Program-made: the position numbers and the translations under genes
Shown here: in pieces, positions 12,633 through 25,384 of the stretch
How positions within the stretch are numbered: the first letter of the stretch is position 1
How the letters are laid out: every line of letters starts with the position of its first letter
Source of the DNA: Mobula hypostoma
Lineage: Eukaryota
Assembly: GCF_963921235.1 (NCBI RefSeq)
Contig: NC_086118.1
Span: 16,680,001-16,744,000 of the forward strand
DNA length: 64,000 bases
Direction: 5' to 3'
The notes under the pieces: model-generated
Told to the model about the DNA's origin: nothing
Databases searched by the model: none
The model's input: only the letters and a program-made list of their open reading frames with translations

Positions 12633-15068
12633 TTTTTTTTTAATATAATTTTTATTGAGTTTTCAAAAATACATGAAAAGATAGTATCTACCCTCCCCCC
12701 TCCCCCTAACCCTCCCCCCCCCATATAAAGTCCTACCTAAAAAGAAAAAAAGAAAAAAAAGAGAGCTGCCTGGGTATTGGAAGCTTTCCACATGCTCCAT
12801 GGAATTCAAAATAAAATTGGCATACTTATTCGTTACTTTCCCCAAGGGACCAAGATCTTTATCGGAGCACTTAAATATGCCATCCTATCTTTTGTAAATA
12901 AGGGCACCAAATATTCAAAAATGTTACATATTTATCTCTTAAATTATAAGTAATTTATTTTTTGTGGTGTAATATATAATTGGTGTAAAAAGTTATATTA
13001 TACTAATCGAAGTTGAACATTTATTGTGTTTGTCATACTGTCAAGGCACAGTCTTGACCAATTTGTTTCATCAATATTAATATTCAGTTCTGTTTCCCAT
13101 TCTTGTTTTGACTTAAAAATTGCTACTCCCCGCTACAACAACACTACCCACCCAATCTCTCTTTAATTTCTGATATTGTTTCTGTTAAATGCGTTTCCTG
13201 TAAAAAGGCTGAATCTATCTTCATTTTCTTAATGTGTTAAGATTCTTTTTCTTTTCACTAGTCCATTAAGCCCATTAACATTAAAACTCAAAAAATTCAA
13301 TAAATTAGTCATTATTTTTAACAAAGTTACTCCAATCTAAAACATTACTTAACTTCTCAACTCTCATAGTTCCTTGGGGAATCTCCTTGAACTTCACCAT
13401 GTTGCTATGAGTCCCCCCCCCCCCCAATCATCCAGGCAAAAAGAAAAAAAAGAGATAGATGAGATATAAAAAAAAGAAAAAACAAAATACCCTCCCACTA
13501 ATGTTGTGAATGAAAGGATACACAACACTACCCCCTCCATTTTGCGGGTCGTGGCTAGAGCCACGCTTGCACACATGATTAGCGTAGCAATTGATCAGTG
13601 CTCCTTCCAGCTCCCCCGCAACAAAAATAATTATATATATATAAATTAATGTTACTATTCCCAACCAGTATTCCTCAAATTTTAACCTTACTTCCCCTCC
13701 CTCATATAATTAGTAATATATTTATATATTCATCCGCCTTCAAAAATCCAACAAGTCCATTCTTCTTCTTCTTCAATCCATCTCGCTCCCCTGGTTTTGT
13801 TCTTGTACCTGGTGAATATTCAGAGAGTCTTGCACAAACTGCTCCGCTTTCTGGTAATCATCAAAAAATCTTTTTTCTCCACCAGTCAAAAAAATCTTCA
13901 AGGTTGCAGGGTAACGCAATATAAAATGATAACCGTGATCCCATAGGATTTTTTTCACTGGATTAAATTTCTTCCTTCTCTTCAAAAGTTCATAACTTAT
14001 GTCAGGACAGAAAGAAAATTTGTTCCCTTGAATCATCAATGGCCCTTTTCTATTCTTGGCAGCTTGGGCAGCTGCCTGTAGAATACTTTCCTTGTCTTGA
14101 AATCTTAAGAATGTTATTAAAATTGCTCGTGGATATTGGTATTCTTGTGGTTTTGGTCTTAGAGCTCTATGTGCCCACTCAATTTCAAGTAATTGGCCCT
14201 CCTCTTTCATTTGCAAAACTTCCGGGATCCATCTTTGAAAAAATTTTATTGGATTTCCTCCCTCCATACCTTCTTTAAGACCAACAATTTTAATATTATT
14301 ACGTCTACTAAAATTTTCCAACATGTCCACTTTCTCCAAGAGTCGATTTTTTTCCGTGTTCCAGACAAGCAAATCATTTTCTGTTTTTTCCACTCTATCA
14401 TTAATATGCTCCATTTTTCTTTCCATTTCCTGAAGCTTCTTATCCATTTAATCCTGTCTTTTCATAGCTTTATTATAGCACATCTTCATGTCTCTAAGCT
14501 CTGCTCTTACTTTTCTTACTTCAGCCGTTAATTGCAATAAAGCCTCTCTTATGTCTCCATCATCTCCTTTAGTTCCAATCCCTTCCAGTTCTTCCTCCTC
14601 TTCTTCATCTGTATTCTCTGCGGTATCCGATTCTGACTCTGAGTCACTTTCAGTTGCAGTGGCTGTCGGTTCTTGTAGTTTGAGTTGTATTGATTTGCGC
14701 ATGCGTTCTTCTTTGCGCATGCGCATTTCCGGCACCTTCTTCTGAGAGACCGCTACCGCCACCATTGCTCCCTGTTCTCCGGCGGAGATAGAACGCATCT
14801 CCTCCAAAAGAGATCTAACCTGAGTCCGAGGCTCCATCGCTGCAGTAGGCCCTTTTTTCTTCCCATCTCGCAGCAGCTTTGCAACAACAGACTTCTTCTG
14901 TTGCGGTTTAGGAGGCATACCGTAAAGTAGTCTTGAAAAGTTATAAATAGTTTTCGGAAAGTATTTATTAACTTTGTTTTGTTTAAACGGTACTTTGCTA
15001 ATTTTTTACAGGAGAGCTGGATTTACACGTCTCAATCCCACGCTATCACATGACGCCCCTCCCCCCCC
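12633..15068 (-). mobile_element. Internally deleted L1-clade element with both ends (ORF1 retained, ORF2 gutted; HAL1-like)
   Basis: Poly(A) and AATAAA on the minus strand at 12633-12657; TSD tttcctgatttc / ttccctgatttc (12621-12632 / 15069-15080); ORF1 14918-13773; ORF2 remnant starts at 13312. Confidence 0.9.
13773..14918 (-). pseudogene. L1 ORF1p (coiled coil + Transposase_22-type RRM/CTD) with one in-frame stop at 14448-14450
   Basis: LENFSRRNNIKIVGLKEG, EIEWAHRAL, PDISYELLKRRKKF and LRYPATLKI are typical L1 ORF1p motifs. The two track ORFs abut in the same frame. Confidence 0.88.
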
Positions 15069-15194
15069 TTCCCTGATTTCTGAGCTTCCCTGAGTTGGAA
15101 GAGAAAGAAAGAATACCAGATGATGATCTTCAAGTATGCTGTGCCCACCTGTGTGAGAGATTTCAGGGTTTTCTCTTGATCCATATTCCCGATT

Positions 15195-15760
15195 GAGGAA
15201 CAGCACCTCGTGTTCCACCTGCGTTCTCAAACAACTCAACATCATCAACATTTGTCCCCTTCCACTCTCCTCCTGATCTACCAGTTCTTCCTACACCCAT
15301 CCCTCCATCCCCACCCAATCGACATTTTTCCCCTGCCTTTTGACCTCATTCCATTGACCCATCGCCCACTCACTCTTCCCACTGGATCCACTCCCCTTAC
15401 TGTTCCCATCTACCTTACTTGTGTCCTTGGTTAATCTTCCTTTTCTATCTGATTTAATTGTATTCAGCCCCTTGTTGCCTCTACTTATCACCTCCCAGCC
15501 CCTGTTGTCATTTCCATTCTTCCCTGCTTTGTTTGACCGTCACCCCTCTTCACTTGGATACACCTATCCCTTGATAGTCCCTGCTTCACCATTTCCCCTC
15601 TCCCCTTGACACTGGCTATCTCCCCTCTGTCTTTTAGTGCAGATAAAGGGTCAGGGAATCATGGCAATCCACATCCTTCCGCAGGTGCCGCCTGACCCTC
15701 TGAGTTCTTTCAGCAGTTTGTTTTGCTCCTTATTCCAGCATCTGCAGCCTTTTGTATCCC
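15195..15760 (+). mobile_element. Degenerate Penelope family-1 3' fragment
   Basis: EEQHLVFHL (GIY-YIG C-terminus), pyrimidine-rich tract, then pLTR-like gccgcctgaccctctgagttctttcagca. Confidence 0.65.
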
Positions 15761-16299
15761 TATTGGAAGACCAGCATGATTTTCCCTGCCCATCAATGCT
15801 GCATGCTACACTGTGAAGAGCAAGCAACTCCACAGTTACATGAACCGAGGCAGGACGTGCAGTGCTTTTCAGGATGAGGCAACCTTTCCCTGAGTGATTG
15901 AAAGGACTGTGGAAAAAAAAAAGTGAAGTGGTGATTTATTCACCCGATTTTCCAGAAATTGTAGGATTTCTTTTCATTACAAGAAGTGACTGAAGCAATT
16001 GGTATGAAATTTGTAGTTTATGTGGTCATATCATCTAAAGGAGACAGATGTGTAGATTGAAAAAGACATGTTGAAATAATAAGATTCAATGAACTTAAAG
16101 CAAGGCAGATGGTTGTGCCAAACATGGCAGCTTCAGATATGCAATGTCAGCGTTACAAAAGGAATATCCAGCTACATAGTTTTATGTGGAACAGACTCTG
16201 AAGATTAAAATAGAGGTGGTGTCAAAGAATCTGACCATGTTGCGCTGTTTCAGTGCTCTGCAAGGGGAACACTGTACACGGTTTGGTGGCAGCCAGTAT

Positions 16300-16465
16300 A
16301 AACCTCTTCCAGGCAACGTCCTGGTACATCTCCTCTGCACCCTCTCTAAAGCTTCCACATCCTTCTTACAATGAGGCGACCAGAACTGAACACAACACTC
16401 CAAGCCTGGTCTGACCAGAGTTTTACAGAGCTGCAGCTTCACCCTGCAGTTCTTGATCACAATCC
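16300..16465 (-). mobile_element. CR1 RT internal fragment
   Basis: LQLCKTLVRPGLECCVQFWSPHCKKDVEALERVQRRCTRTLPG in ORF 16182-16472. Confidence 0.8.
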
Positions 16466-16572
16466 CCCTCAAACTAAAGTGGTTTTGTGTTACAGATTAA
16501 CCACCGTATTTGATCTCGAGGTTACCTGTACCAAGTTGCACGACAATTATATTGTATTACACACGCCATTGT

Positions 16573-16765
16573 AGCCGGCCGGTGGTGTAGTGGCATCTGC
16601 ACCAGACTTCGAGACTTCGGGTTCGAATCCTGTTGGCTCCTTGCTAGCTTTCCATCCGTGCTGGGCTGAACATCAAACTAGCAACTCAGCCTCATAAAAC
16701 AGAAAAAATGCTAAAGAAATGGCAAGATTGCGCCTGATACACCACAAGATGCAGAAAGGAACATA
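16573..16765 (+). mobile_element. tRNA-derived SINE
   Basis: A-box-like tggtgtagtgg and B-box ggttcgaatcc, without a complete cloverleaf. Confidence 0.6.
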
Positions 16766-17794
16766 CACACCATTATAAATTTAGACACGGTTTAAAATTG
16801 CAAAGAGGAAAACAGAGCAGAGGGCAGCTCACATCAAAATATTAAAAATCTGAGATTATGGAGTTAAACTGATTGTTTAAAAATTCGACCACTGAGTTTC
16901 CAGTGTGAAGCAAAACTTGTACGACTATAGACATTGCATCGTTTAAGTGGACTAAATTAAGTATAAAAGAATGAACTGCAAAAAAAAAACACACTTGCCA
17001 AACCAAAGCAGACAAATTAGGTCCACAGCAGTTCTCTTTCTTTCTGAAAGGGCTTGCAGACACTCTGAAACACAGTACTTTAAGTGTATGTGGCACTAAG
17101 ACACTACACATGCCAGTACATGTTTATATTCAAGCTGTAGAGGTTTAAATAACCATGGGTTTCCACCAAATACTTTGTGCCTGCAGGCTGATTATTTAAT
17201 AAACAATGGACAGGCATTACAATATTTACCTAACAGTTCATGGTCTTTTAAAAAATCTTTCTTTCTCGGTTGCATTAATGTCCTGTATCTGACACTTGCA
17301 ACATTTTAAATGTTTTCAAGAGATATAGCTGCTGTGTGGAAATGAAAACAAAACTCAAATCTGTTTTGCCTCCTAATTTTAGCGCCTCAGATAGGAAATG
17401 TTTGTTATGGTTTAAAAGAAGGACTCTCAGATGATTAAGGAATAGTACTCAGCAGCATTCTGAGAAATGCCATGACAAACGTCATCAACTGAACACCAGT
17501 AAACAATTTCCCAAGCAATAACTTCTTTGTCAATGTTTAAAAAAAGATAAAACCAAGAAATACGAATAATTGATTCTTTAAAATGAAGGAGAAAATAAGG
17601 TACTTTCACAATTCTAAAGGAAGTGGAGCAGAGATATTTTAAGTGGCATTTGATCACAGAAAAATATGCACACATCTACATGTGGTCTTCGAGGAGCATG
17701 AATGAACTTTGATTTCTGCAGTCTGAAGATCCAAGGCGTGAGGAAAACATTTAGGATCTTGTTTTTGAATCTGTCAAGGGGCTAAGTGAAAATG

Positions 17795-18105
17795 ATAGTG
17801 TAGTGGTTAGCACAACGCTTTTCAGTACAGGTGACCCAGGTTCAATTCTTGCCGCTGTCTGTTAGGAGTTTGTACGTTCTCCCCATGACCATGTGGGTTT
17901 CAAATGGGTGCTCTGATTTCTTCCCACAGTCCAAAGATGCACTGACGGGTGCATTAATTGGTCATTATGAATTGGTATTTCTGAGTTATTTCCAACATCG
18001 TAAATTGTCCTGTGATTAGGGTAGGAATAAATTGGGGGATCGCAGGGCAGCGTGGCTCGAAGGGCCAGAACAGACTACTATGTGCTGTATTTCAATTTAT
18101 AAATA
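17795..18105 (+). mobile_element. tRNA-derived SINE (shark/ray HE1/SacSINE-like)
   Basis: tagtgtagtggttagc A box, ggttcaattc B box, core ggagtttgtacgttctcccc, CR1-like 3' tail ending in ataaa repeats. Confidence 0.75.
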
Positions 18106-19474
18106 AAGTGACCATTAAAGAAATTAAGCATTTTGTCGTTGAGAGACTGGCAGATATGGGTGAATAAAACTGTCAAGCTATTTACCACATCTTCATAGTT
18201 TCTGAAGTGAAAAATGTTTTCCAGTAAATTCCTCGTAATATTACTCAACACAGAAAGAACCTACAAAAAGTGAAAAATGAATGGATCAAAATGTGAGGAA
18301 GGAACTGCTTAATGTTCTAGTTTTGGCAATCTGAGGGGTAGGTCTTCCCCACACAGAACATGATGAATATACAGAATGAGCAGTCAAATAGGGTGGAGGA
18401 AGCACAATTACAGTGTTTAAAAGGTGCTCAAACAAGTATTGTGTCGGAAAGGTAAAGTGGCCCACAGGCCTAATATGTGCAAATGGGACTATAGTGTAAA
18501 TGGGTACCATGGTTGGCATGTTGTGTTAGGCGACTGAGATAATGTTGATCTTAATAGTAAGAAGAAAAAAAAAGAAAACAGAAAATAACACTGAAATCTA
18601 TTGCCTAACTGCAGTGGGATCACTGACAAGGTCAGTATGTCTGCCTACCATCAAAAAGGCCAACATTATTTTCCATCCCTCGGCATTTCGAATTGAGATG
18701 TTCGCTTGGTAATAATACAGACAGTTAAGAGTCAACTATTTCAAGAGTCAATCCTGAGTTGTATGCTCAACTTGTTACACAACTCTCACAATATTTATAA
18801 AATAGTGTTATTTTGTTTTAAGACTGGAAGAAGCTGGGAAATGTCAGTATCACTGCACAGAACTTTTACATCTCTGAGTTTAGCTGTCACCGAATTTTGC
18901 ATGTAGCGGACCAAAACCCACTAGTTGCTTTTCACTGACCAGTTTGTGCTGTAGCACTGGCTGCCTCATGATGACCTGCAAACTTGTTGGAGCTTACTGA
19001 CAATTGGGCTGGGAATCTCCACACCATACCTGCACCATACCTGCCCACTCATATGAATGCAGAGGACTGGCTGTCTAGAATACAGGCAGCAAAATGTAAT
19101 CTGCATTCTTCAATTAATGTAGCTTGCTTAAATATTACTAATTGCTTAAAATTATTCTTATTATATGGTTTTATATACATTTCTAAAAATGGTTTAATGG
19201 TTCAATTTAATATCATAGAATATATATAGCATACAACCTGAAATTCTTACTCTTTGCAGACATCCACAAAAAAGATGAAAAACCCCAAAGAATGGGTGAC
19301 AGAAGAACATTAGACCCCAAAATATGAATTATTTTAAAGATTGTTTAATTTGTTAATTGATTTTTACTAATATGTGAATGTTAGGAACTGCGAGTTGATT
19401 ATTTGAATGGAGAGGATTAGTCAAAAGCATTTACAGTCCTTGACAGTTCTGCCAGACATTTGTTTAGCTGGTTA

Positions 19475-19680
19475 TAGACACAAGAGATTCTTCAGACACT
19501 GAAAATCTTGAGCAATACTCACTAAATGCTGGAGGAACTCAGGAAGTCAGGCAGCATTTATGGAGGGGAATAATGTTTCGGGCTGAGTTTCTGTCCTGAT
19601 GTAAGGTCTCAGCCCAAAATGTTGACTGTTTATCCCATGCTTGATATTCCCTTCTTAAAGCATATTGTGCGTGTTGTTTA
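19475..19680. mobile_element. Two Penelope pLTR fragments in opposite orientations
   Basis: Minus-type aaatgctggaggaactcagg...tttcgggctgag followed by plus-type cctgatgtaaggtctcagcccaaaatgttgactg. Confidence 0.6.
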
Positions 19681-20629
19681 GCTGCTTATCAGTTCTTTCA
19701 TCAATATTTAATGTGAGGCTTGTTCTGAATCACAACCACTTTCCCCATACACCATGATTTTACATTTCAAAAGCCTCCCGAAGCACCATTTTGAATTGAA
19801 GTGGCTTCATGCAGCAAGTAGATAATAGTTGACCTGGGAGAGTTAAGTCTATGTTTTGGAGTTGAGTCAGCAGTGAGCACAAACAAGTCACTACGATCAG
19901 CAGGTCTTAAGCTTAACTATCCAGAACTGGAAAGTTTCATGGAATATATTTTGAACTATATCTGGTTTAGTTTATTCTGTATTGGTCCTGATAGATTAGT
20001 CTGTGTTAAAGTGAAATTATCATTCTTTTCATCGCTGGTATGCTGGAAATAATTCAGAGGGAGATAAAGATCAAGAATGACCCAATCAAAATACTGAAAA
20101 ATCAAAATTGAAAAACTCACACCATGCTTATGCGATGTTGAAAATGGTGTGGGTATTTATTATTTATATTTAAAATTTGTTAACCTGAATTATGATTATG
20201 TGTCATTGCTGAAAATCTTGACAAATATATGAATTCTGGGAGCATTAGACTGGAAATTAATTGTGCAGAAGGAGCAAGTGTTGAAAAAGCTTCTAACCAT
20301 ACACAATGAATGTAACTTTTATGTGTTTAACCGATTTGTGTGGATTTTGAAATGTTCAAAGTTCGAAGTAAATTTATTATCAAAGTACATATAGATCACC
20401 ATGTATACACCTGAGATTCATTTTCTTGTGGGCATTCACAGTAAATACAAGAAACACAATGGAATCAATGAAATACCACCCCCAACAGGACAGACAAACA
20501 ACCAATGTGCAAAAGACAACAAATTGTGCAGATACAAAAAGAAATAAAAGAAACACCAATAATAATAAATAAATAAATACTTTGCTTAAATAAAAGTATT
20601 AACAGCCATGTCTTATTGTCGAAAGTAAA

Positions 20630-20900
20630 GGGGGCAGCACTGTAGCGTGAGGTTAGTGTGATGTTTTATAATGCCAGTGATAAAGGATGAAGTTCTTCCA
20701 CTGTCTGTAAGCAATTTGTACATTCTCCCCTTGATTGCATCATGCTCCAGTTTCTTCCTACATTCTAAAGACATATGAGGTTAGGTTAGTAAGTCGAAGG
20801 CATGCTATGTTGGCACTGGAAGAATGGAGACACTTGTGGGATGCCCCAAGTAAAAACTCTGACTGTGTTGGTCATTGAAGCAAAAAAATGCATTTCACTG
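20630..20900 (+). mobile_element. tRNA-derived SINE
   Basis: Same family as 62289-62585 (ctgtctgtaag..tttgtacattctcccc; ggttaggttagtaag..ggcatgctatgttggc). Confidence 0.7.
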
Positions 20901-20902
20901 TA

Positions 20903-20976
20903 CAGTACTGTGAAAAAAGTCTTGCACAGCTAGGGTGTGTAAGACTAGGATGCCTAAGACTTCTGGCACAGTACTG
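20903..20976. mobile_element. Tc1/mariner MITE
   Basis: TA|CAGTACTGTGaAAAAaGTCTT...AAGACTTcTgGCACAGTACTG imperfect TIRs. Confidence 0.7.
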
Positions 20977-22130
20977 GATGGATTTTAGTAAGGCATTTGA
21001 CAAGGTTCCACACGGTAGGCTTATTCAGAAAGTTAGAAGGCATGGGATCCAGGGAAGTTTGGCCAGGTGGATTCAGAATTGGCTTGCCTGCCGAAGGTCG
21101 TGGTGGAGGAAGTACATTCAGATTGGAGGATTGTGACTAGTGGTGTCCCACAAGGATCTGTTCTGGGACCTCTACTTTTCATGATTTTTATTAACGACCT
21201 GGATGTGGGGGGTAGAAGGGTGGGTTGGCAAGTTTGCAGACGACACAAAGGTTGGTGGTGTTGTAGATAGTGTAGAGGATTGTCAAAGATTGCAGAGAGA
21301 CATTGATATGATGCAGAAGTGGGCTGAGAAGTGGCAGATGGAGTTCAACCCAGAGAAGTGTGAGGTGGTACGCTTTGGAAGGACAAACTCCAAGGCAGAG
21401 TACAAAGTAAATAGCAGGATACTTGGTAGTGTGGAGGAGCAGAGGGATCTGGGGGTATATGTCCACAGATCCCTGAAAGTTGCCTCACAGGTGGATAGGG
21501 TAGTTAAGAAAGCTTATGGGGTGTTAGCTTTCATAAGTCGAGGGATAGAGTTTAAGAGTTGTGATGTAATGATGCAGCTCTGTAAAATTCTGGTTAGGCC
21601 ACACTTGGAGTACTATGTCCAGTTCTGGTCACTTCACTATAGGAAGGATGTGGAAGCATTGGAAAGGGTACAGAGGAGATTTACCAGGATGCTGCCTGGT
21701 TTAGAGAGTATGCATTATGATCAGAGATTAAGGGAGTTAGGGCTTTACTCTTTGGAGAGGAGGAGGATGAGAGGAGACATGATAGAGGTGTACAAGATAA
21801 TAAGAGGAATAGATAGAGTGGATAGCCAGCACCTCTTCCCCAGGGCACCACTGCTCAATACAAGGGGACATGGCTTTAAGGTAAGGGGTGGGAAGTTCAA
21901 GGGGGATAGTAGAGGAAGGTTGTTTACTCAGAGAGTGGTTGGTGCGTGGAATGCACTGCCTGAGTCAGTGGTGGAGGCAGATACACTAGTGAAGTTTAAG
22001 AGACTACTGGACAGGTATATGGAGGAATTTAAGGTGGGGGCTTACATGGGAGGTAGGGTTTCAGGGTCGGCACAACATTGTGGGCCGAAGGGCCTGTACT
22101 GTGCTGTACTATTCTATGTTCTATGTTCTA
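20977..22130 (+). mobile_element. 5'-truncated CR1 LINE (RT C-terminal half)
   Basis: [33 protein letters not shown]; 314-aa ORF 21203-22147; (ttctatg)n tail. Confidence 0.95.
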
Positions 22131-22192
22131 TAAGCAATAAATATTGAGAGCATGAGGTGAGAAATCCTTGAAAGTGAGTCCATAGGTTGTGG

Positions 22193-22293
22193 CAATACAC
22201 ACAAAATGCTGGAGGAACTCAGCAAGCCAGGCAGCATCTATGAAAAAGAGTAAACAGTCAACATTTTGGGCTGAGACCCTTCATCAGGACACA
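22193..22293 (-). mobile_element. Mini Penelope pLTR insertion with a decayed hammerhead
   Basis: 12-bp TSD cataggttgtgg (22181-22192, 22294-22305); minus strand CTGATGA AGGG tctcag CCC AAAA. Confidence 0.85.
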
Positions 22294-23944
22294 CATAGGT
22301 TGTGGGAATATTTCAGTGATGGGGCAAGTGAAATACTTGGGTTCAAGCGCTTGATGGTTGAAGGGTAATAACTGTTTATGAACTTGAAAATAATTTATCA
22401 ATTTTTTTGCTTAACATATCAAGTTGTTTGACCACAAAATGCTTTGCAGAAGAGGCTGCATGCTGCATAGAGAGCAATAGGAATGAGTTGTGAACAGAGT
22501 GCAGAGATGTGAGGGAAGTTCTAGATTGAGTTAGCTAAGAGCTGGTAAGACACAAAGAGCAAAATGATTTACATCTGTAAACACCCACAGTTGTACAGAA
22601 ATGCTAAAGGAAATACTACGGAAAAAGTGTAATTTTTTAAACCACTATAACCTCAATACAAGATTTAACAATACCAACCGAATCCCATCAACTTTATTCC
22701 AGTTCTCAAACTTTTTATTACTTCATTCAACTTTTTATTTACTCTGAGTTCCCTGCAATGTGAAATTCAAATAGAAAATACATTTCAAATTACTTTAAAG
22801 ATAAGAAAGTACTTAAGAAATGTAGGAAGTTTCTGAATAAGGAACCAGAAGAGTGCAAACTGTTATCTTCATCTAGTGACTTCAAGCCCATTATGTCTGA
22901 ATGAACGAAAAAAAAAGCTTGGTTAACAATGACTCTACATCCTTGAATTTGCAGCATTCCCCAAAACTTCTTGGAAGTGTCAGCCTTTGTTATGTGCCCA
23001 AGCTCCCAGACCATAACTGGAACCTTTAGTTTCTGACTTAAAAAAAACTGTTTGCCTATTGTATTAAGTTAAACTTAATTTAGAATGAAATTACCCCAAA
23101 ACATATCAGCCTTTCCATTCAACAGTCTTAAGTTTTCCTGTGGTTCTCTTAACATAATAATAAAGGAGAAAAGGCCATTGGAAAGGAACAGATTACTTAT
23201 TTGCACAATAATTTTTAGAATTGGAATGGTAGAAATCCTAAAGATTTAGCAAGCACATAAAAGAAACACAGTCTCATAAAGACACTAATCTTTATAATGT
23301 TTTGGCCATAGTTTTTGCATCACAAGGCATGACCTTTTTCATGAGATTTTTTCCAGTGAAGTTCTTGGTGAAGCAATTATATGCAGTGTTATTGACACTG
23401 GACTGCGGCATCTCATATAGAATTATATCAATTCCATTTAGAGTCAGAAAGGGTTACATAACAACATATTGACAGAGACAGCTCTGGAATTAAATCAAGA
23501 ATAATCCAAATAAGATGAAATGGTAAGCACAATCAGGGATGTAACATTGTTAAAATAGCTTACTGAAAGTTTACTCCATGCTACATTTGATAGAGATACC
23601 CTTGGAAATAATTCAAAAGACACTATAACATGATAAGAAAAGAAAATACAAAGACGTGCAAATCGCACTGTAAATTCAAAGTCCATTATGATGAGTTAAT
23701 TGGGCCCAAAGCTTTATTTTGATTGAATTCAAAATAGATACTTAAATAAACAAGGATGTGAACAAAGTACCCTCAACTTTCTGCATTCAATGCAACTTCA
23801 TTAGCTGCCAAGCCTTAATTGGAAATTTGATGACTCTTATCAAAACCAATGGTGAAGTATTTTTTTCCACATTTAATCAGTGAGCTAATGAAAAGGCTTA
23901 CTTACCCTAATAAATTTAGTTATGGTCCAGAAGAGCAATGACAT

Positions 23945-24065
23945 GTCTTGCCATGGCTTACTGTGTCTCCGTGTGCCTGTATGTTGCTCGCTGTGGTTCT
24001 GTGTGCCTCCTCGTGTCTCTGTGTAGCTCGCCATTCCTCTGTGTGCCTTTGATTAGTTCTGTGGC
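23945..24065. repeat. Degenerate ~10/20-bp TG/C-rich tandem repeat
   Basis: Recurrent ctgtgtgcct / gctcgc units at about 20-bp spacing. Confidence 0.45.
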
Positions 24066-25384
24066 TTTAGTCAAGGTGTTACGCACATAGGTGCTTGCAA
24101 TGATTATGGCAGTGGAATTGTACATGAACATAGTAACACTTTCAGGATGGGAGGTTATAATTTACTTCTAATAGTTGAAAAATTGGGCTGACAGTAAAAC
24201 CCTGTCTATAATCAATATCTGAAAGTCCATTTGAAATGGAGTTACAGCATACTTGAGGGGTCTTGGATCAGTTTAGCAGTGATACTGACTGGATCTCTGC
24301 CAATGTGGCTGCTTTCTTCTGGTTAGTTGAGTACTTTAGAATCTCCTGCATAAACATTGATGTGGATGAGGTCGCTCCCATTGCTGCAATAGAGAAAAAA
24401 AAATGCTCCAGATCTGTTACTAACCACTTGTGTTGCAGTATGGTGCTTAAAAACTCTAAAGCAACACTTCAAATGAGCACTTGATAGGGGACCCATGACA
24501 GTTTCTTGTGAAGTCGTGGTGCCTGATTTTCATTCTCACATGGTTTGCCAGGTATCATGCTTGCAAGCATCGCAAACTTCAAGCCTTTGACTCAGGCACG
24601 TACAATAACTATTTCACATCAATCACAAACTTAAAAGCAGCATTTCCTACCGTAGTGGGAGTTTTATTTACTTTATTTATTGAGAAACAGTGTGAAATAG
24701 GCCCTTCCAGTCCTTTGAGCCGCAATGCCCAGCAATCCCTCAATTTACACCTTATCGAGGAACAACTTACAATGACCAATTAACCTGTCAACCAATACAT
24801 CTTTGGACACCCAGAGGAACTCTTGAAACTTCAGTTTTCAACAATAATTGCTACTTCAATTTGAAGCTCAGATTCAGTTTAGCCTTACCTTGGGGAAATG
24901 GGAAGAGTGCAAAGTAGTCACCATACATTCTGACACAAGATGGGCCAGTGAAGTACCCACATTAAGTACAGGATGTTGCCAGGTCCCATGGCAATTGGGC
25001 CTAGTGTACTCAGATAATTTATAGGAATTAAATTGAAGCAGCTGAAGCCTGCCTTCAGTGATGGTGAACGTCTTTGGTTACCCTGTAAATTAGGTGTTCC
25101 CACCTTTCTTATGCCATGGACCCTTACCACCACCCAACTGGTCTGCGGACGCCAGGTTGGAAAACCCCTACTTGAAACCAAAAAAAAAAACCCCAAAACT
25201 CTTGGGCTTAAAAGTATTCACTGATGTTACCACCACTGCTTTCTGGAATAGAGAGTTCTGAAGATTCATGACCAACTAACAGAAGAACTCCTTTTCTCCA
25301 TCTAACACAGTGACCCATATTCTGACACTATGCCTCCCCTTCTCGATACCCTATAGGGGATCAATCCACTCTGAATGGATGAAA

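Larger units (their letters stand above)
10810..15195 (+). mobile_element. Decayed hAT transposase (Buster/ZBED5/SCAND3-like) split into four pieces by three retroelement insertions
   Basis: Collinear motifs: SYNISLLIAKS and EELILPAVKEVL (~10880-10970), ATDGAPSMTG (~11280), FTIHCVIHKQHLV (~11950-11990), LLLHTEVRWLSK (~12330-12365), ELEEKERIPDDDLQV (~15090-15135). Confidence 0.85.
20353..22385 (-). mobile_element. Rex1/L2-like 3' fragment split into 20353-20580 and 22131-22385
   Basis: Tail gttcaaagttcgaagtaaatttattatc at the left. Sequence resumes at taagcaataaatattgagagcatgag...ccttgaaagtgagtcc, similar to 1890-2000. Confidence 0.6.

Noticed and set aside
16573..16640. tRNA gene
   Set aside because: A and B boxes are present, but there is no complete cloverleaf and the sequence continues into a SINE body.
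24884..24925. Strong minus-strand donor AAG|GTAAGG after MVTTLHSSHFPK
   Set aside because: Phase 0, with no recognisable homology and no clear acceptor or promoter support.
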